The translations under genes were made by a program, and so were the position numbers. The notes beneath the pieces were generated by a model that made no database searches, was not told the origin of the DNA, and was given only the letters and a program-made list of their open reading frames with translations. DNA of 64,000 nt from the human T2T-CHM13v2.0 reference genome, Homo sapiens. The stretch covers positions 30,560,001 through 30,624,000 of the forward strand of contig CP068257.2 of NCBI GenBank assembly GCA_009914755.4, given 5' to 3'. Positions 28,848-44,574 of this stretch are shown piece after piece. Position 1 is the stretch's first letter; each line of letters opens with the position of its first letter.

Positions 28848-29750
28848 GGGGGCTAGCAAGATGGCCGAATAGGAACAGTTCCAGTCTGCAGCACCCAGTG
28901 AGACTAACACAGAAGGCAGATGATTTCTGCATTTCCAACTGAGATACCCGGTTCATCTCCTTGGGACTGGTTACACAGTGGGTGCAGCCCACAGAGGGTG
29001 AGCAAAAGCAGGGTGGGGTGTTGCCTCACCCGGGAAGTGCAAGGGATTGGGGAAGTCCCTCCCCTAGCCAAGAGAAGCCATGAGGGACTGTGCTGTGAGA
29101 GATGGTGCTATCCAGCCCAGATACTATGCTTTTCCCACGGTCTTCACAACCTGCAGACCAGAAGATTCCCTTGGGTGCCATACCACCAGGGCCCTGGGTT
29201 TCAAGAACAAAACTGGGCAGCCATTTGCGCAGACACAGAGATAGCTGCAGAAGTCTTTTTTCATACCCCAGTGGTGCCTGGAATGCCAGCAAGACAGAAC
29301 GGTTCACTCCCTGGAAAGAGGGCTGAAGCCAGGGAGCTAAGCGGTCTTTCCCAGAGGATCCCACCCCCACAGAGCCCAACGAGCTAAGATCCACTGGTGT
29401 GAAATCCTCTCTGCCAGCACAGCAGTCTGAAGTCAACCTGGGATGCTCAAGCTTGGTGAGGGAAGGGGCATCCACCATTACTGAGGCTTGAGTAGGTGAT
29501 TTCCCCCTCACAGTGTAAACAAAGCCTTAGGGAAGTTCGAACTGGGCAGAGCCCACCACAGCACGGCAAAACCACTGTAGCCAGACTGCCTCTCTAGATT
29601 CTTCCTCTCTGGGCAGGGCATCTCTGAAAGAAAGGTAGCAGCCCCAGTCAGGTGCTTATAGATAAAACTCCCATCTCCCTGGGACAGACCACCTGGGGGA
29701 AGGGGCGGCTGTGGGTGCATCTTCAGCAGACTTAAACGTTCCTGCCTGCT
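28848..29750 (+). promoter_or_regulatory. L1 5'UTR internal (pol II) promoter region including the YY1-type box caagatggccga near the 5' end. This is a sequence match only; nothing here tests whether the promoter works.
   Basis: The motif aagatggccgaataggaacag at 28857-28877 is the reverse complement of the known L1 YY1 site (gccatctt). The remainder is the CpG-depleted L1PA 5'UTR. Confidence 0.55.
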
Positions 29751-30288
29751 GACTCTGAAGAGAGCAGTGGATTTCCCAACACAGCACTTCAGCTCTGCTA
29801 AGGGACAGGCTGCCTCCTCAAATGGGTCCCTGACTCCTATGCCTCCTGACTGTGAGACACCTCCCAGCAGGGGTCAACAGACACCTCATACAGGAGAGCT
29901 CCAGCTGGCATCTGGAGGGTGTCCCTCTGGGACGAAGCTTCCAGAGGAAGGAGCAAGCAGCAATCTTTGCTGTTCTGCAGCCTCCACTGGTGATACCCTG
30001 GCAAACAGGATCTGGAGTGGACCTCCTGCAAACTCCACCAGACCTGCAGAAGAGGGTCCTGACTGTTAGAAGGAAAACTAACAATCAGAAAGCAATAGCA
30101 TCAACATCAACAAAAAGGACGCCCACGCAAAAACCCCATCCGAAGGTCACCAACATCAAAGATCAAAGGTAGATAAATCCATGAAGATGAGGAAAAACCA
30201 GCACAAAAAAGCTGAAAATTCCAAAAGCCAGAATACTTCTTCTCCTCCAAAAGATCACAACTCCTCACCAGCAAAGGAACAAAACTAG

Positions 30289-30507
30289 ATGGAGAATGAG
30301 TTTGACAAATTGACAGAAGCAGGCTTCAGAAAGTGGGTGATAACAAACTCCTCCGAGCTAAAAGAGCATCTTCTAACCCAATCCAAGGAAGCTAAGAACC
30401 TTGATAAAAGGTTACAGGACTTGCTAACTAGAATAACCAGTTTAGAGAAGAACATAAATGACATGATGGAGCTGAAAAACACAGCACAAGAACTTTGTGA
30501 AGCCTAA
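30289..30507 (+). pseudogene. L1 ORF1 N-terminal remnant (72 codons, then an in-frame stop); ORF1p is inactivated
   Basis: Translation MENEFDKLTEAGFRKWVITNSSELKEHLLTQSKEAKNLDKRLQDLLTRITSLEKNINDMMELKNTAQELCEA* matches the L1 ORF1p N-terminus (MENDFDELREEGFRRSNYSELREDIQTKGKEVENFEKNLDECITRITNTEKCLKELMELK...). Downstream ORF1 sequence is present but frame-broken. Confidence 0.85.
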
Positions 30508-31267
30508 ACAAGTATCAATAGCTGAATCGATCAAGCAGAAGAAAGGATATCAGAGATTGAAGATCAATTTAATGAAATAAAGTGTGAAGACAAGATTAGA
30601 GAAAAAATAATGAAAAGAAACAAACAAAGCCTCCAAGAAATATGGGACTATGTGAAAAGACCAAACCTACGTTTGATTGGTGTACCTGAAAGTGATGGGG
30701 AGAATGGAACCAAGTTGGAAAACATACTTCAGGAAATTATCCAAGAGAACTTCCCCGACCTAGCAAGATAGGCCAACATTCAAATTCAGGAAATACAGAG
30801 AAAACCAGAAAGATACTCCTCGAGAAGAGCAACCCGAAGACACATAATCAACAGATTCACCAAGGTTGAAATGAGGAAAAAATGTTAAGGGCAACCAGAA
30901 AGAAAGGTCAAGTTACCCAGAAAGGGAAACCCATCAGACCAACAGGAGATCTCTCTAAAGAAACCCTACAAGCCAGAAGAGAATGGGGGCCAATATTCAA
31001 CATTCTTAAAGAAAAGAATTTTCAACCCAGAATTTTGTATCCAGCCAAACTAAGCTTCATAAGTAAAGGAGAAATAAAATCCTTTATAGACAAGCAAATG
31101 CTGAGGGATTTTGTCACCACCAGGCCTGCCTTACCAGAGCTCCTGAAGGAAGCACTAAATATGGAAAGGAAAAACCGGTACCAGCCACTGCAAAAACATA
31201 CCAAAATGTAAAGACCATCAACACTATGAAGAAACTCCATCAACTAATGGGCAAAATAAACAACTAG

Positions 31268-31576
<309 letters not shown>

Positions 31577-31587
31577 CTAGCATCATA

Positions 31588-32322
31588 ATGACAGAATCAA
31601 ATTCACACATAACAATATTAACCTTAAATGTAAATGGGCTAAACGTCCCAATTAAAAGACTCAGACTGGCAAATTGGATAAAGAGTCAAGACCCATTGGT
31701 GTGCTGTATTCAGGAGACACATCTCACGTGCAAAGACACATATAGGCTCAAAACTAAGGGATGGAGGAATATTTACCAAGCAAATGGAAAGAAAAAAAAA
31801 AGCAGGGGTTGCAATCCTAGTCTTTGATAAAACAGACTTTAAACCAACAAAGATCAAAAAAGACAAAAAAGGGCATTACATAATGGTAAAGGGATCAATG
31901 CAACAAGAAAAGCTAATGATCTAAATATATATGCACCCAATACAGGAGAACCCAGATTCACAAAGCAAGTTTTTAGAGACCTACAAAGAGACTTAGACTC
32001 CCAAACAATAACAGTGGGAGACTTTAGCACCCCACTAACAATATTAGACAGATCAACGAGACAGAAAATTAACAAGGATATTCAGGACTTGAACTCAGCT
32101 CTGGACCAAAAGGACCTAATAGAAATCTACAGAACTCTCCACACCAAATCAACAGAATATACATTGATCTCAGCACGACATAGCACTTACTCTACAATTA
32201 ACCACATAATTGGAAGTAAAACTCTCCTCAGCAAATGCAAAAGAACAAGAATCATAAAAAACAGTCTCTCAGACCACAGTGCAATCAAATTAGAAATCAG
32301 GATTAAGAAACTCACTCAAAAC
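31588..32322 (+). pseudogene. L1 ORF2 endonuclease-domain remnant (frame-broken, then split by an Alu)
   Basis: Translations MTESNSHITILTLNVNGLNVPIKRLRLANWIKSQDPLVCCIQETHLTCKDTYRLKTKGWRNIYQANGKKKKSRG... and ...GDFSTPLTILDRSTRQKINKDIQDLNSALDQKDLIEIYRTLHTKSTEYTLISARHSTYSTINHIIGSKTLLSKCKRTRIIKNSLSDHSAIKLEIRIKKLTQN match L1 ORF2p EN-domain sequence in two different frames. Confidence 0.85.
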
Positions 32323-32640
32323 CAGCCAGGCGTGGTGGCTCATGCCTGTAATCCCAACACTTTGGGAGGCCAAGGCGGGCGGGTCACGAGGTCAGGAGAT
32401 CAAGACCATCCTGGCTAACATGGTGAAACCCTGTCTCTACTAAAAATACAAAAAAATTAGCCAGGTGTGGTGGTGGGCACCTGTAGTCCCATCTACTTGG
32501 GAGGCTAAAGGAGGAGAACAGTGTGAACCTGGCAGGCGGAGCTTGCTTGCAGTGAGCTGAGATTGCGCTACTGCACTCCAGCCTGGGTGACAGAACAAGA
32601 CTCCGTCTCAAAAAAAAAAAAAAAAAAAGAAAGAAAGAAA
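32323..32640 (+). mobile_element. Alu SINE (AluY-like) inserted in the L1PA ORF2; perfect 16-bp TSD gaaactcactcaaaac; (GAAA)n-extended tail
   Basis: cagccaggcgtggtggctcatgcctgtaatcccaacactttgggaggccaaggcgggcgggtcacgaggtcaggagatcaagaccatcctggctaacatggtgaaaccctgtctctac...ctgcactccagcctgggtgacagaacaagactccgtctcaaaaaaaaaaaaaaaaaaagaaagaaagaaa. gaaactcactcaaaac is at 32307-32322 and 32641-32656. Confidence 0.94.
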
Positions 32641-32902
32641 GAAACTCACTCAAAACCTCACAACTACAAGGGAACTGAGCAACCTGCTCCTGAATGACTA
32701 CCGGGTAAATAACAAAATTAACGCAGATATAAAGAAGTTCTTTGAAATCAATGAGAACCAAGACACAACATACCAGAATCTCTAGGACACAGCTAAAGCA
32801 GTGTTTAGAGGGAAATTTATAGCACTAAATGCCCACATGAGAACATGGGAAAGATCAAGAACTGACACCCTAACATCATGATTAAAAGAACTAGAGAAGT
32901 AA

Positions 32903-33040
<138 letters not shown>

Positions 33041-33589
33041 TAGATGGAACGCCAGCCAGAGCAATAAAGAAGAAAAGAGAGAAGAATCAAATAGACACAA
33101 TAAAAAATGACTAAGGGGATATCACCACTGATCCCACAGAAATACAAACTACCATCAGAGAATACTATAAACACATCTACACAAATAAACCAGAAAATCT
33201 AGAAGAAATGGATAAATTCCTGGGCACATACACCCTCCCAAGACTAAACCAGGAAGAAGTCGAATCCCTGAATAGACCAATAACAACTTCTGAAATTGAG
33301 GCAGTGATTAATAGCTTACCAACCAAAAAAAGGCCAAGACCAGATGGATTCACAGCCAAATTCTACCTGAGGTAAAAGAGGAGCTGGTACCATTCCTTCT
33401 GAAACTATTCCAAACAATAGAAAAAGAGGAACTCCTCCCTAACTCATTTTATGAGGCCAGCATCATCCTGATACCAAAACCTGACAGAGACACAACAAAA
33501 AAAGAAAATTTCAGGCCAATATCCCTGATGAACATCAATGCAAAAATCCTCAACAAAATAATGGCCAACCAAATCCAGTAGTATATTAA

Positions 33590-35749
<2,160 letters not shown>

Positions 35750-37753
35750 ACAATGAGATCACATGGACACATGAAGGGGAATATCACACTCTGGGGACTG
35801 TGGTGGGGTGGGGGGAGCGGGGAGGGATAGCATTGGGAGATATACCTAAGGCTAGATGACGAGTTAGTGGGTGCAGCACACCAGCATGGCACATGTATAC
35901 ATATGTAACTAACCTGCACAATGTGCACATGTACCCTAAAACTTAAAGTATAATAAAAAAAAAAAGAAAAAAAAAGTTTTTCATAAAAAATGCATTTTTT
36001 AATGCTCAACTATATGCTGCCTACAAAAGACGCATTTTAAACTTAATGACATAAATAGGTTGAAAATAAAAGGATAGGAAAATATATACCATTCATACAA
36101 AAGAGAGTTAGAGTGGCTATACTAATATCAGACAAAATGGACTTTATACAAAAATCGTTACTAGAGACAAAGAAGGACATTTTATAGTGATAAAAGTATC
36201 AATCTATCAGAAAGAAACAACAATTATAAACATAGAAGGACCTAAAAACAGGGCCTCAAAATATATAAAGCAAAAACTGACAAAATGGGCAGATATGAAA
36301 GAATAAATAGACAAGTCAGCAATAACAGTTGGAGACTTTCAACCACACTTTCAATAATATAGAGAAAAACTAGACAGAAGATCAACAAGAAAGTAGAAGA
36401 CTTGAACAGTACTATGAACCAACTAGACCTAATAGACATCTACAGAACACTTCAGAATACATATTTTTCTCAAGCACACATGGGATATTTTCTAGGATAA
36501 ACTATATTGCCATAAGACAAGTTTCAATAAATTTACATTGATTAAAAATACACAAAATATGTTCTCCAACCATAATGAAATGAAATTAGAAATCAATCAC
36601 AGAAGAAAATTTAGACAATTCACAAATAGGAAAACAACACAATTCTAAAAAAATCAGTGGCTCAAAACTAAAATCACAACAGAAGTTGGAAATTGAGCAG
36701 ATTGAAAACAAAACACAACATATCTATGGGATGCAAATAAAGCAGTGCTTATAGGGAAATTTATAGTTGTAAGTGTCTATATTTACAAAGTAGAATGATC
36801 TTAAATGAATAACCACTGGCTACCTTAAGAAACTAGAAAAAGAACTAAACCCAAAGCAGAAAAAGGAAGGAAATAATAAATATTAGAGACAAAATAAACG
36901 AAATAGAGAATAGAAAGTAATAAAAATAAATCAATAAAACCAAAAAGTAGAAGTTGATAAGATCAACAAAATTGACAAATGTTTCTCAAAACTGAACAAG
37001 AAAAAAAGAAAGGATTCAAATAACTAAAATTAGAAATGATATAGGGAATGTTACTACTGACCTTACAGAAAAAAAAAATAGGATTATAACAAAAAACAAT
37101 GGGCAATTGTACACCAAAAAATCAGATAACCTAGATGAAACGGACATATTCTTAGAAAGATAAAACAACCTAAACTGACTCAAAAAGAAACAGAAGTCTG
37201 AATAGAGTTATAAAAAATACAGAGATTGAATTAGTAGGGAAAAACATTGCAAAGAAAAGGTCAGGCCCAGATAGCTTCACTGGTGAATTCTACCAAAACT
37301 TTAAAGAATACTTGACGTCAATTCTTCACAAACTCTTCCAAAAAATAGAAGAGGGAGAACGTTTCCCAACTCATTCTATGAAGCCAGTATTACTCTGATA
37401 CCCAAATCAAAGACATCACAAGAGAAGAAAATTACATACTAATATTTATTGTGCATATATGCAAACTTCTGAACATACTATTAGTAAACCAAATCCAACA
37501 ACATATGAAAAGATGTGTACACTGTGACCAAATGAGATTTATCCCAGAAATGCAATATGGATTCAACATAAAAAATCAAGCAATGCAATATGTCATATTA
37601 ATAAAGGACAAAACCACATGGTCATCTCAGTAGACGTGGAAAGCATTTGATAAAATCAACATCCTTTCATGATAAAAACACTCAATAAACTAGTAATAGA
37701 AGGGAATTTCCTCAACCTCATAAAGGGCATCTACAAAAAAAGTTAACATCGTC

Positions 37754-38060
<307 letters not shown>

Positions 38061-39984
38061 ATTAATATCGCCTTTAATAGTGAAAGGCAGTGCTTTCTGC
38101 CTATGATCAGGAATAAGGAAAGTATGTCCCCTCTCTGCATTTCTATTCAACATTTAGTGGGAGATTCTAGCCAGGGCAACAGGCAAGAAAGAGAAATAAA
38201 AGACATCCAGATTGAAAAGGAAGAAGTAAAACTCTCTAGTGGCAGATGGCATCATTTTGCATATAGAAAATCCTAAGGAATACACACACACATGCACACA
38301 CACCCCAACCTATTAGAGCTAATAAACGAGTTCAGCAAGGTTGCAGGATAAAAGATTAATAAACAAAGCTCAATTATATTTTTACACACTACAATGAATA
38401 ATCTGAGAATGAAATTAAAAAGCAATTCCATTTATAATCAAAAAGAATAAAATGCTTAGGAGTAAATTTAACAAAAAAAGTGCAAGGCTCGTACAGTGAA
38501 AATTATAAAATATTGTTGAAAGAAATTAAGGAAGGCTAAATAGATGAAAAGACACAATGTGTTCATAGATTGGAAGACTTAACATTGTTAAGCTGGATTA
38601 TGAAAAAAAATCACCTATATATGCTTCTAGTTTTCATTTTTAAGTATTTAAATCTTTTATTTTCTTTTATTTCAGCACAAGCAATCTAGTTTTTTTTTCC
38701 AAATGGCTGCCACTAATTCTAATGTTATGTATTAAATGTATCTTTTCCTCACTGATTTGAAATACTGCCCTCTAAATTCCCAAAGTATTTCTTAATTACT
38801 ATGTTTCTTAGTCCCTTGGGATTCTTACAAAACCTGTGTTAACTGGATATATGTCAAAAAAACAAATGAGATAAATAAGAGAATGGAAATATTCACCTAA
38901 GGGTAAGTCAGCAGGAAAGTTCTTCAAGGACATAGTCATTTTAACCAAGTGCTATGTCTAAAGTTCAGTTAGATGGTCTGCATCTGCAGCAGGTGCCAGG
39001 CAAACAAGCAAGAGGGCAAGGATCTAGGGCAATCTGGGGTTTTGTGGCCCTCTTACTGTAAAATCCTTCCCATTAGAGTTCTTGGATTTTTGCGAGAGCA
39101 TGGTGGTTTTTAATAAGCGCATAACCGAAAGAAGGCTTTGCACTTCAAAGCCTGTTGTAATTACCCGCTGCATTAGTAAAGTAAGACCAGTTGCAACAAG
39201 AACTTTAAGTGTTTCATGGCATCTCTTTGCAGCAAGACAGCCTTTCTGAAGGTGACTGCAGACAGACATGGTCCCGCATCTTTGCCAAATACAGAATCAA
39301 CTCAGCATCTCACTGACACTAATTATCAGCTTGTGTTTATTCACATCACAGAAAAGAGCTTAATTTACATAATACATATTGGTCAATTCTTTGCTTTTGA
39401 ACTTCACCTTTGCCCATCAGCGGATCAATATGTATTTAATCTTCTGTTTTAGAACTGATTTTAAGACTCACAGTAAGAGGCCCAGATTTCACAATCATTA
39501 ATTGCTATTATCAGCCCCTTTTCATTTCCTAAACATCAGCAATTTCTTAAAGTTCTGCTTTCATTCCTTTATTAAGTTATCCCTTCTTGTTCATCACTTG
39601 GTTCTACTGTGTCTTTCAACAAAGTACAGAGTTTACAACTAGCCAATAATGTAAAACAAAAGAATGCTCTGAAATTTTCCATTGATTCTCCAGTCTATCT
39701 GACCTCATCAACAACTGCATGCAAAACTCAAGTCGTCTGACCATTTCCTGATGGATGCTATCAAGTACTTCCAAAGTTCCAGATAGGTCTGCCAAAGGGT
39801 AGAGGACTCAGATTCTTCCTTTCTCTCTTTTAAATAAGAACTGAATTATCATCTTTGGATGGCTAATTATTCTATATATTACAGTGTAACTGGTTGCTCC
39901 CTAAATTTTCATATTTTCAAGTATATCAAAATATACTATACTCCTGACTAGCATCAGGAGAATCTGCCATTCCTTCATCACCTA

Positions 39985-40055
39985 ATTCAGGCAAGTCACT
40001 TAATCTCTCTGGGTCTTAGTATCCTCATCTATAAAATGGATTAACAATAGAGCAT
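39985..40055 (+). mobile_element. MIR SINE core fragment
   Basis: ttcaggcaagtcacttaatctctctgggtcttagtatcctcatctataaaatggattaacaatagagc compared with the MIR core gcaagtcacttaacctctctgagcctcagtttcctcatctgtaaaatgggg. Confidence 0.55.
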
Positions 40056-40626
40056 TTTTGGAAATTATACGATAACCTGAATAATGTATTTTACACAGAG
40101 CCTGGCTCCCAGGACAAATAAGGGACTTAAAGCCCAAATGAAGGACTGTCCTGTTAACAGTATTGCTATCACTGCCATCACGTAGACTAAATAAGGGGTA
40201 GTTACTGAACGGAAGGGAGTCATCTGACTAAATGGTCAGTTGTGTTCCTACCTGCCCGTATATTTACCCTCAACTGATTTTCAACAAGGGAGCCAAATTA
40301 ATTCAATGGAAAAAGAATATTATTTTCAACAAATTATGCTGGAACAACTTGGTATCAATCATGCAAAAGAATGAAGTTGGACTCCTATTTCATACCATAT
40401 ACAAAAATGAACTCAAAATGGATAAAGACCTACAAGTAAGAACCAAAACTCTTACAAGAAAACACAGGGGTAAGTCTTTGTGAGTTTGAATTAGCAATGG
40501 TTTCTTAGATATTACATCAAAAGCACAAATAACAAAAGCAAAAATACACATATATGATTGCATCAAAATTAAAATATTTTGTGCTTTAAAGGACTTCATC
40601 AAGAGAGTGAAAAGACAACCCACACA

Positions 40627-40961
<335 letters not shown>

Positions 40962-41330
40962 TCACATATCTGATAAAGACTTGTATCTAGGATATAAAGA
41001 ATTCCTAAAATTCAATAATAAAAAGACAAATAATCTATTACAAATTGGCAAAGGATCTGAACAAATAAACCATGAAGATAATACAAATGGTCAATAAACA
41101 CACATGAAAAGATACCCAACCTCACTAGCCATCAGGGAAATGCCAGTCACAACCACAATGCGATATCACGTCACACCCACTATGATGGCTAGAATCTAAA
41201 AGACAGATAATAAGTGTTGGCAAGGATGTGGAGAAATTTGAACACTCATATGCTGCTGGTGGGAATGTAAACTAGTGCAGCTACTTTGAAAAACAGTCTA
41301 GCAATGCCTCAAAGTGTTAAACATAAGAGT

Positions 41331-41612
<282 letters not shown>

Positions 41613-41789
41613 AGAGTTACCATATGACCCAGCAACCTCTCTGCTGGGTATATTCCCAAAGGAAATGAAATCAGCATCTTGTAGAGACATCTGCATGCCC
41701 ATGTTCACTGCTGCATTATTCACAGTAACCAAGATATGGAAACAACCTAAGCATCTGTCAACAGATGAATGGATAAAGAAACTGTGGTA

Positions 41790-42125
41790 TGTACATGTAT
41801 GTATATATCTATCTCTATCTCTATATATCTATACCTATAGCTATATATCTAGATATTTCTAGGATCTGAGCAAATATACCATGAAGATCTATATATTCAG
41901 ATATAGAGATCTATAGATATATCTAGATATATAGATATATGTGCATACCACAATTTCTTTATCATTCATAGATATAAAGATATATCTATAGATATAGCTA
42001 TATAGATAAATATATGTGCCTACCACAATATATGTATCTATGTGGTATGCATAAATAGATACACATTATATATCTTTATATTACATATATCTTTATATTA
42101 CATATATAAAGATATATATATCTTT
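41790..42125. repeat. Compound (TATC)n/(TATAGA)n/(TATA)n microsatellite expansion (about 330 bp) inside the L1 3'UTR
   Basis: gtatgtacatgtatgtatatatctatctctatctctatatatctatacctatagctatatatctagatatttctag...cagatatagagatctatagatatatctagatatatagatatatgtgc...agatataaagatatatctatagatatagctatatagataaatatatgtgc...tatatatctttatattacatatatctttatattacatatataaagatatatatatctttag. Contains repeated about 45-60 bp sub-blocks. Confidence 0.9.
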
Positions 42126-44199
42126 AGAGTATCCATCATTTTTAAGGCTGAATAATATCCATTGTATACTGAATAACTTCCATTGTATACAGAATAATAT
42201 TCATTTTGTGTATATATATAATTGAATATTATTCAGCCTTTAAAAAATACAAATATTATTCATCTTTGTGACAACATACATGAACTTGGAGGACATCATG
42301 CTACGTGAAATTAACCAGACACAGAAAGAAAAATGCTGCATGATCTCACTTATATGAAGAAACTTTTAAAGAGTCAAATGCATAGAAACAAAGAATTAAA
42401 ACTGTGGTTACCAGGAAGGTGGAAGGAGAGGGAAGAAATGAAGAGATATAGGTCAAAGGAGACAAAGTTGCAGATAGGCAGGATGAATAAAACCTAGAGA
42501 CCTAATGTACAACATGAGGACTATAGTTATAATATTATATTGTATACTGGAAGCTTGCTAAGAGAGTAGATTTTAGGTGCTCTCTACAGGGTATTAGAGT
42601 GAGCAGAGATGGAGAATCAATGGGAACCTGAAAATGATCATTTTACCTGGTCCAGCTTTGACATACACAGTGAAATTGTTTCTATTTGAAAACAGGAAAG
42701 GCAGTAGTCTAAATTCACTTAACCTCTATATTCTGGGCAAACAAATAATTGTCCAGTTTACAAAAGAGCAACAGGTTTCTTTAAATAGGCCAGTGTTTAA
42801 TTGCTTTCCTGGATGAATTCCTTGTTTTCTGAATAAAGGCATGAGTCAATGAGTTCAATGAGTTCAGCTCAGTTCAGTGAGCACCACAGCTCTTTGCTAT
42901 GTAAATGACCTATTTAGAAATGAATTGCATTTCTGAATTTTTCTCAGCAGCAGTTGTTTTTAACCAAGGTCTTGCACATCAATTGTTCTGTAATCTTCAG
43001 GGTTGGGATGGGGAGAGAAACAAAAGAAATAGCAAATTAATTGTACCGTGTAATCGTAAGAATCTACACTTTGAGGGTTTGCCATTTTGTTGATAGGAAA
43101 AAAAATTGCTATGTGCAGTGATACTGTAATCAAAATGACAAGCAATGGAAAAGGAATTTCAGGCATACTCTCCTGTTTTAAGCTGAAGCACAGAGAATAA
43201 AGTACGTAGCAGCCACGGCTTTGATTCTGGTCAGAATTACTCAGGTTTCCTCTCTACAATTGCTTAACCTTGGCCATCAAATTTTGTGCCACTTCTTATG
43301 CTACCATTGTGGGCATATGGAATCATCCTCCTGGGAGCTGTAATTCGTTTCATCTTATCTTGCAGGCAGGGGACCCTGATTTCATTACCAAGGTTGTAGG
43401 CACAAAATGGGATGGCTAGGGTTCACAATGACCCCCACCCCAACCATGGACTTGTTCTGCTCCCACTCTGCCCCTGGCCATGGCAAATTGATCCAAGGAG
43501 GAAGACGCTGGACTCAAACTGAGCCAAAATTAAAGGGGAACAGAAAGTAAAGGATATTCTACAAACACCTCACCAATACTCCTCAAAACTGTCCAGTCAT
43601 CAAAAACAAGGAAAGTCTGAGAAATTCTGTCTAGAGAAGCCTCGGGAGATATGACTACTAAATGTAATGCAGTGCCCTGGATGGGCTCCTGGGGCAGAAA
43701 AATGATATTAAATAAAAACTAAGGAAATCTGAGTAAACTGTGGAATTTAGGTAATAACAATGTGTCAACATCCGTTCATTATTTGTGACAAATGTACCAT
43801 AGCAGTGTTAACAATAGGGGAAATAGTACAGGGACTCTTTCTAATATTCTTGCAACTTTTCAGTAAACTGAAACTATTCTAAAATTATAAGTTGATCAAA
43901 AAGAAGGAATCAGAGAGACCAGAGGTGGTTGGAGCGGAGGGTTCTGGCCCCACCCTAGAAAGCAGTCCTGATGCTGAGGATGCTGGAGTGGCCCCAATTC
44001 CTGCTCAGCCTTACGGTCTTTCTTTGATCCCATGAGCTCCCTCAATGTGCTTCCCATAGTCCTAATGCCTAACGTGCTGAAGTTACCCAGGAATGAAATC
44101 TGTTGCTTGCAACCAAAGGTTCTTACCAGAAGCTCTGCTTCTGAGTCCTTAGGAAAGAGGTAGTGCCAGATCTCAATTTATAAGGCAATGGTTGGGCCA

Positions 44200-44574
44200 T
44201 GATGTGGTGTGGATGTTTGTCCCCTCCAAATCTCCTGTTGAAATATAATCCCCAATGTTGAAGGTGGGACCCCCTCATGACTGGCTTAGCAGCATCCATG
44301 GTGATGAGTGTGTTCTCACTCGGTTCATGTGAGAACTGCTTGTTTAAAGGAGTCTGAGACCTCCCCCTTGGCTCTCTGGCTCCCTCTCTCATCATGTGAC
44401 ATGCAGGCTCTGCCGTGATTGGAAGCTTCCTGAGGCCTCACTAGAAGCCCAGCAGATGGCCGGCACCACACTTCCTGTACAGCCTACAGAACCATGAGCC
44501 AAGATAAAACCTCTTTTCTTTATAAATTACCCAGCCTTGGGTATTCCTTTATAGCAACACAAGAACGGACTAAC
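44200..44574 (+). mobile_element. ERVL-MaLR solo LTR, MSTA-like
   Basis: gatgtggtgtggatgtttgtcccctccaaatctcctgttgaaatataatccccaatgttgaaggtgggaccc...ggaagcttcctgaggcctcactagaagcccagcagatggccggcaccacacttcctgtacagcctacagaaccatgagccaagataaaacctcttttctttataaattacccagccttgggtattcctttatagcaacacaagaacggactaacag. Confidence 0.85.

Noticed and set aside
28920-29511. 155-aa (+) and 161-aa (-) ORFs as genes
   Set aside because: Both lie wholly inside the L1PA 5'UTR. They are kept only as a low-interest note regarding antisense L1 ORF0-like potential, not as features.
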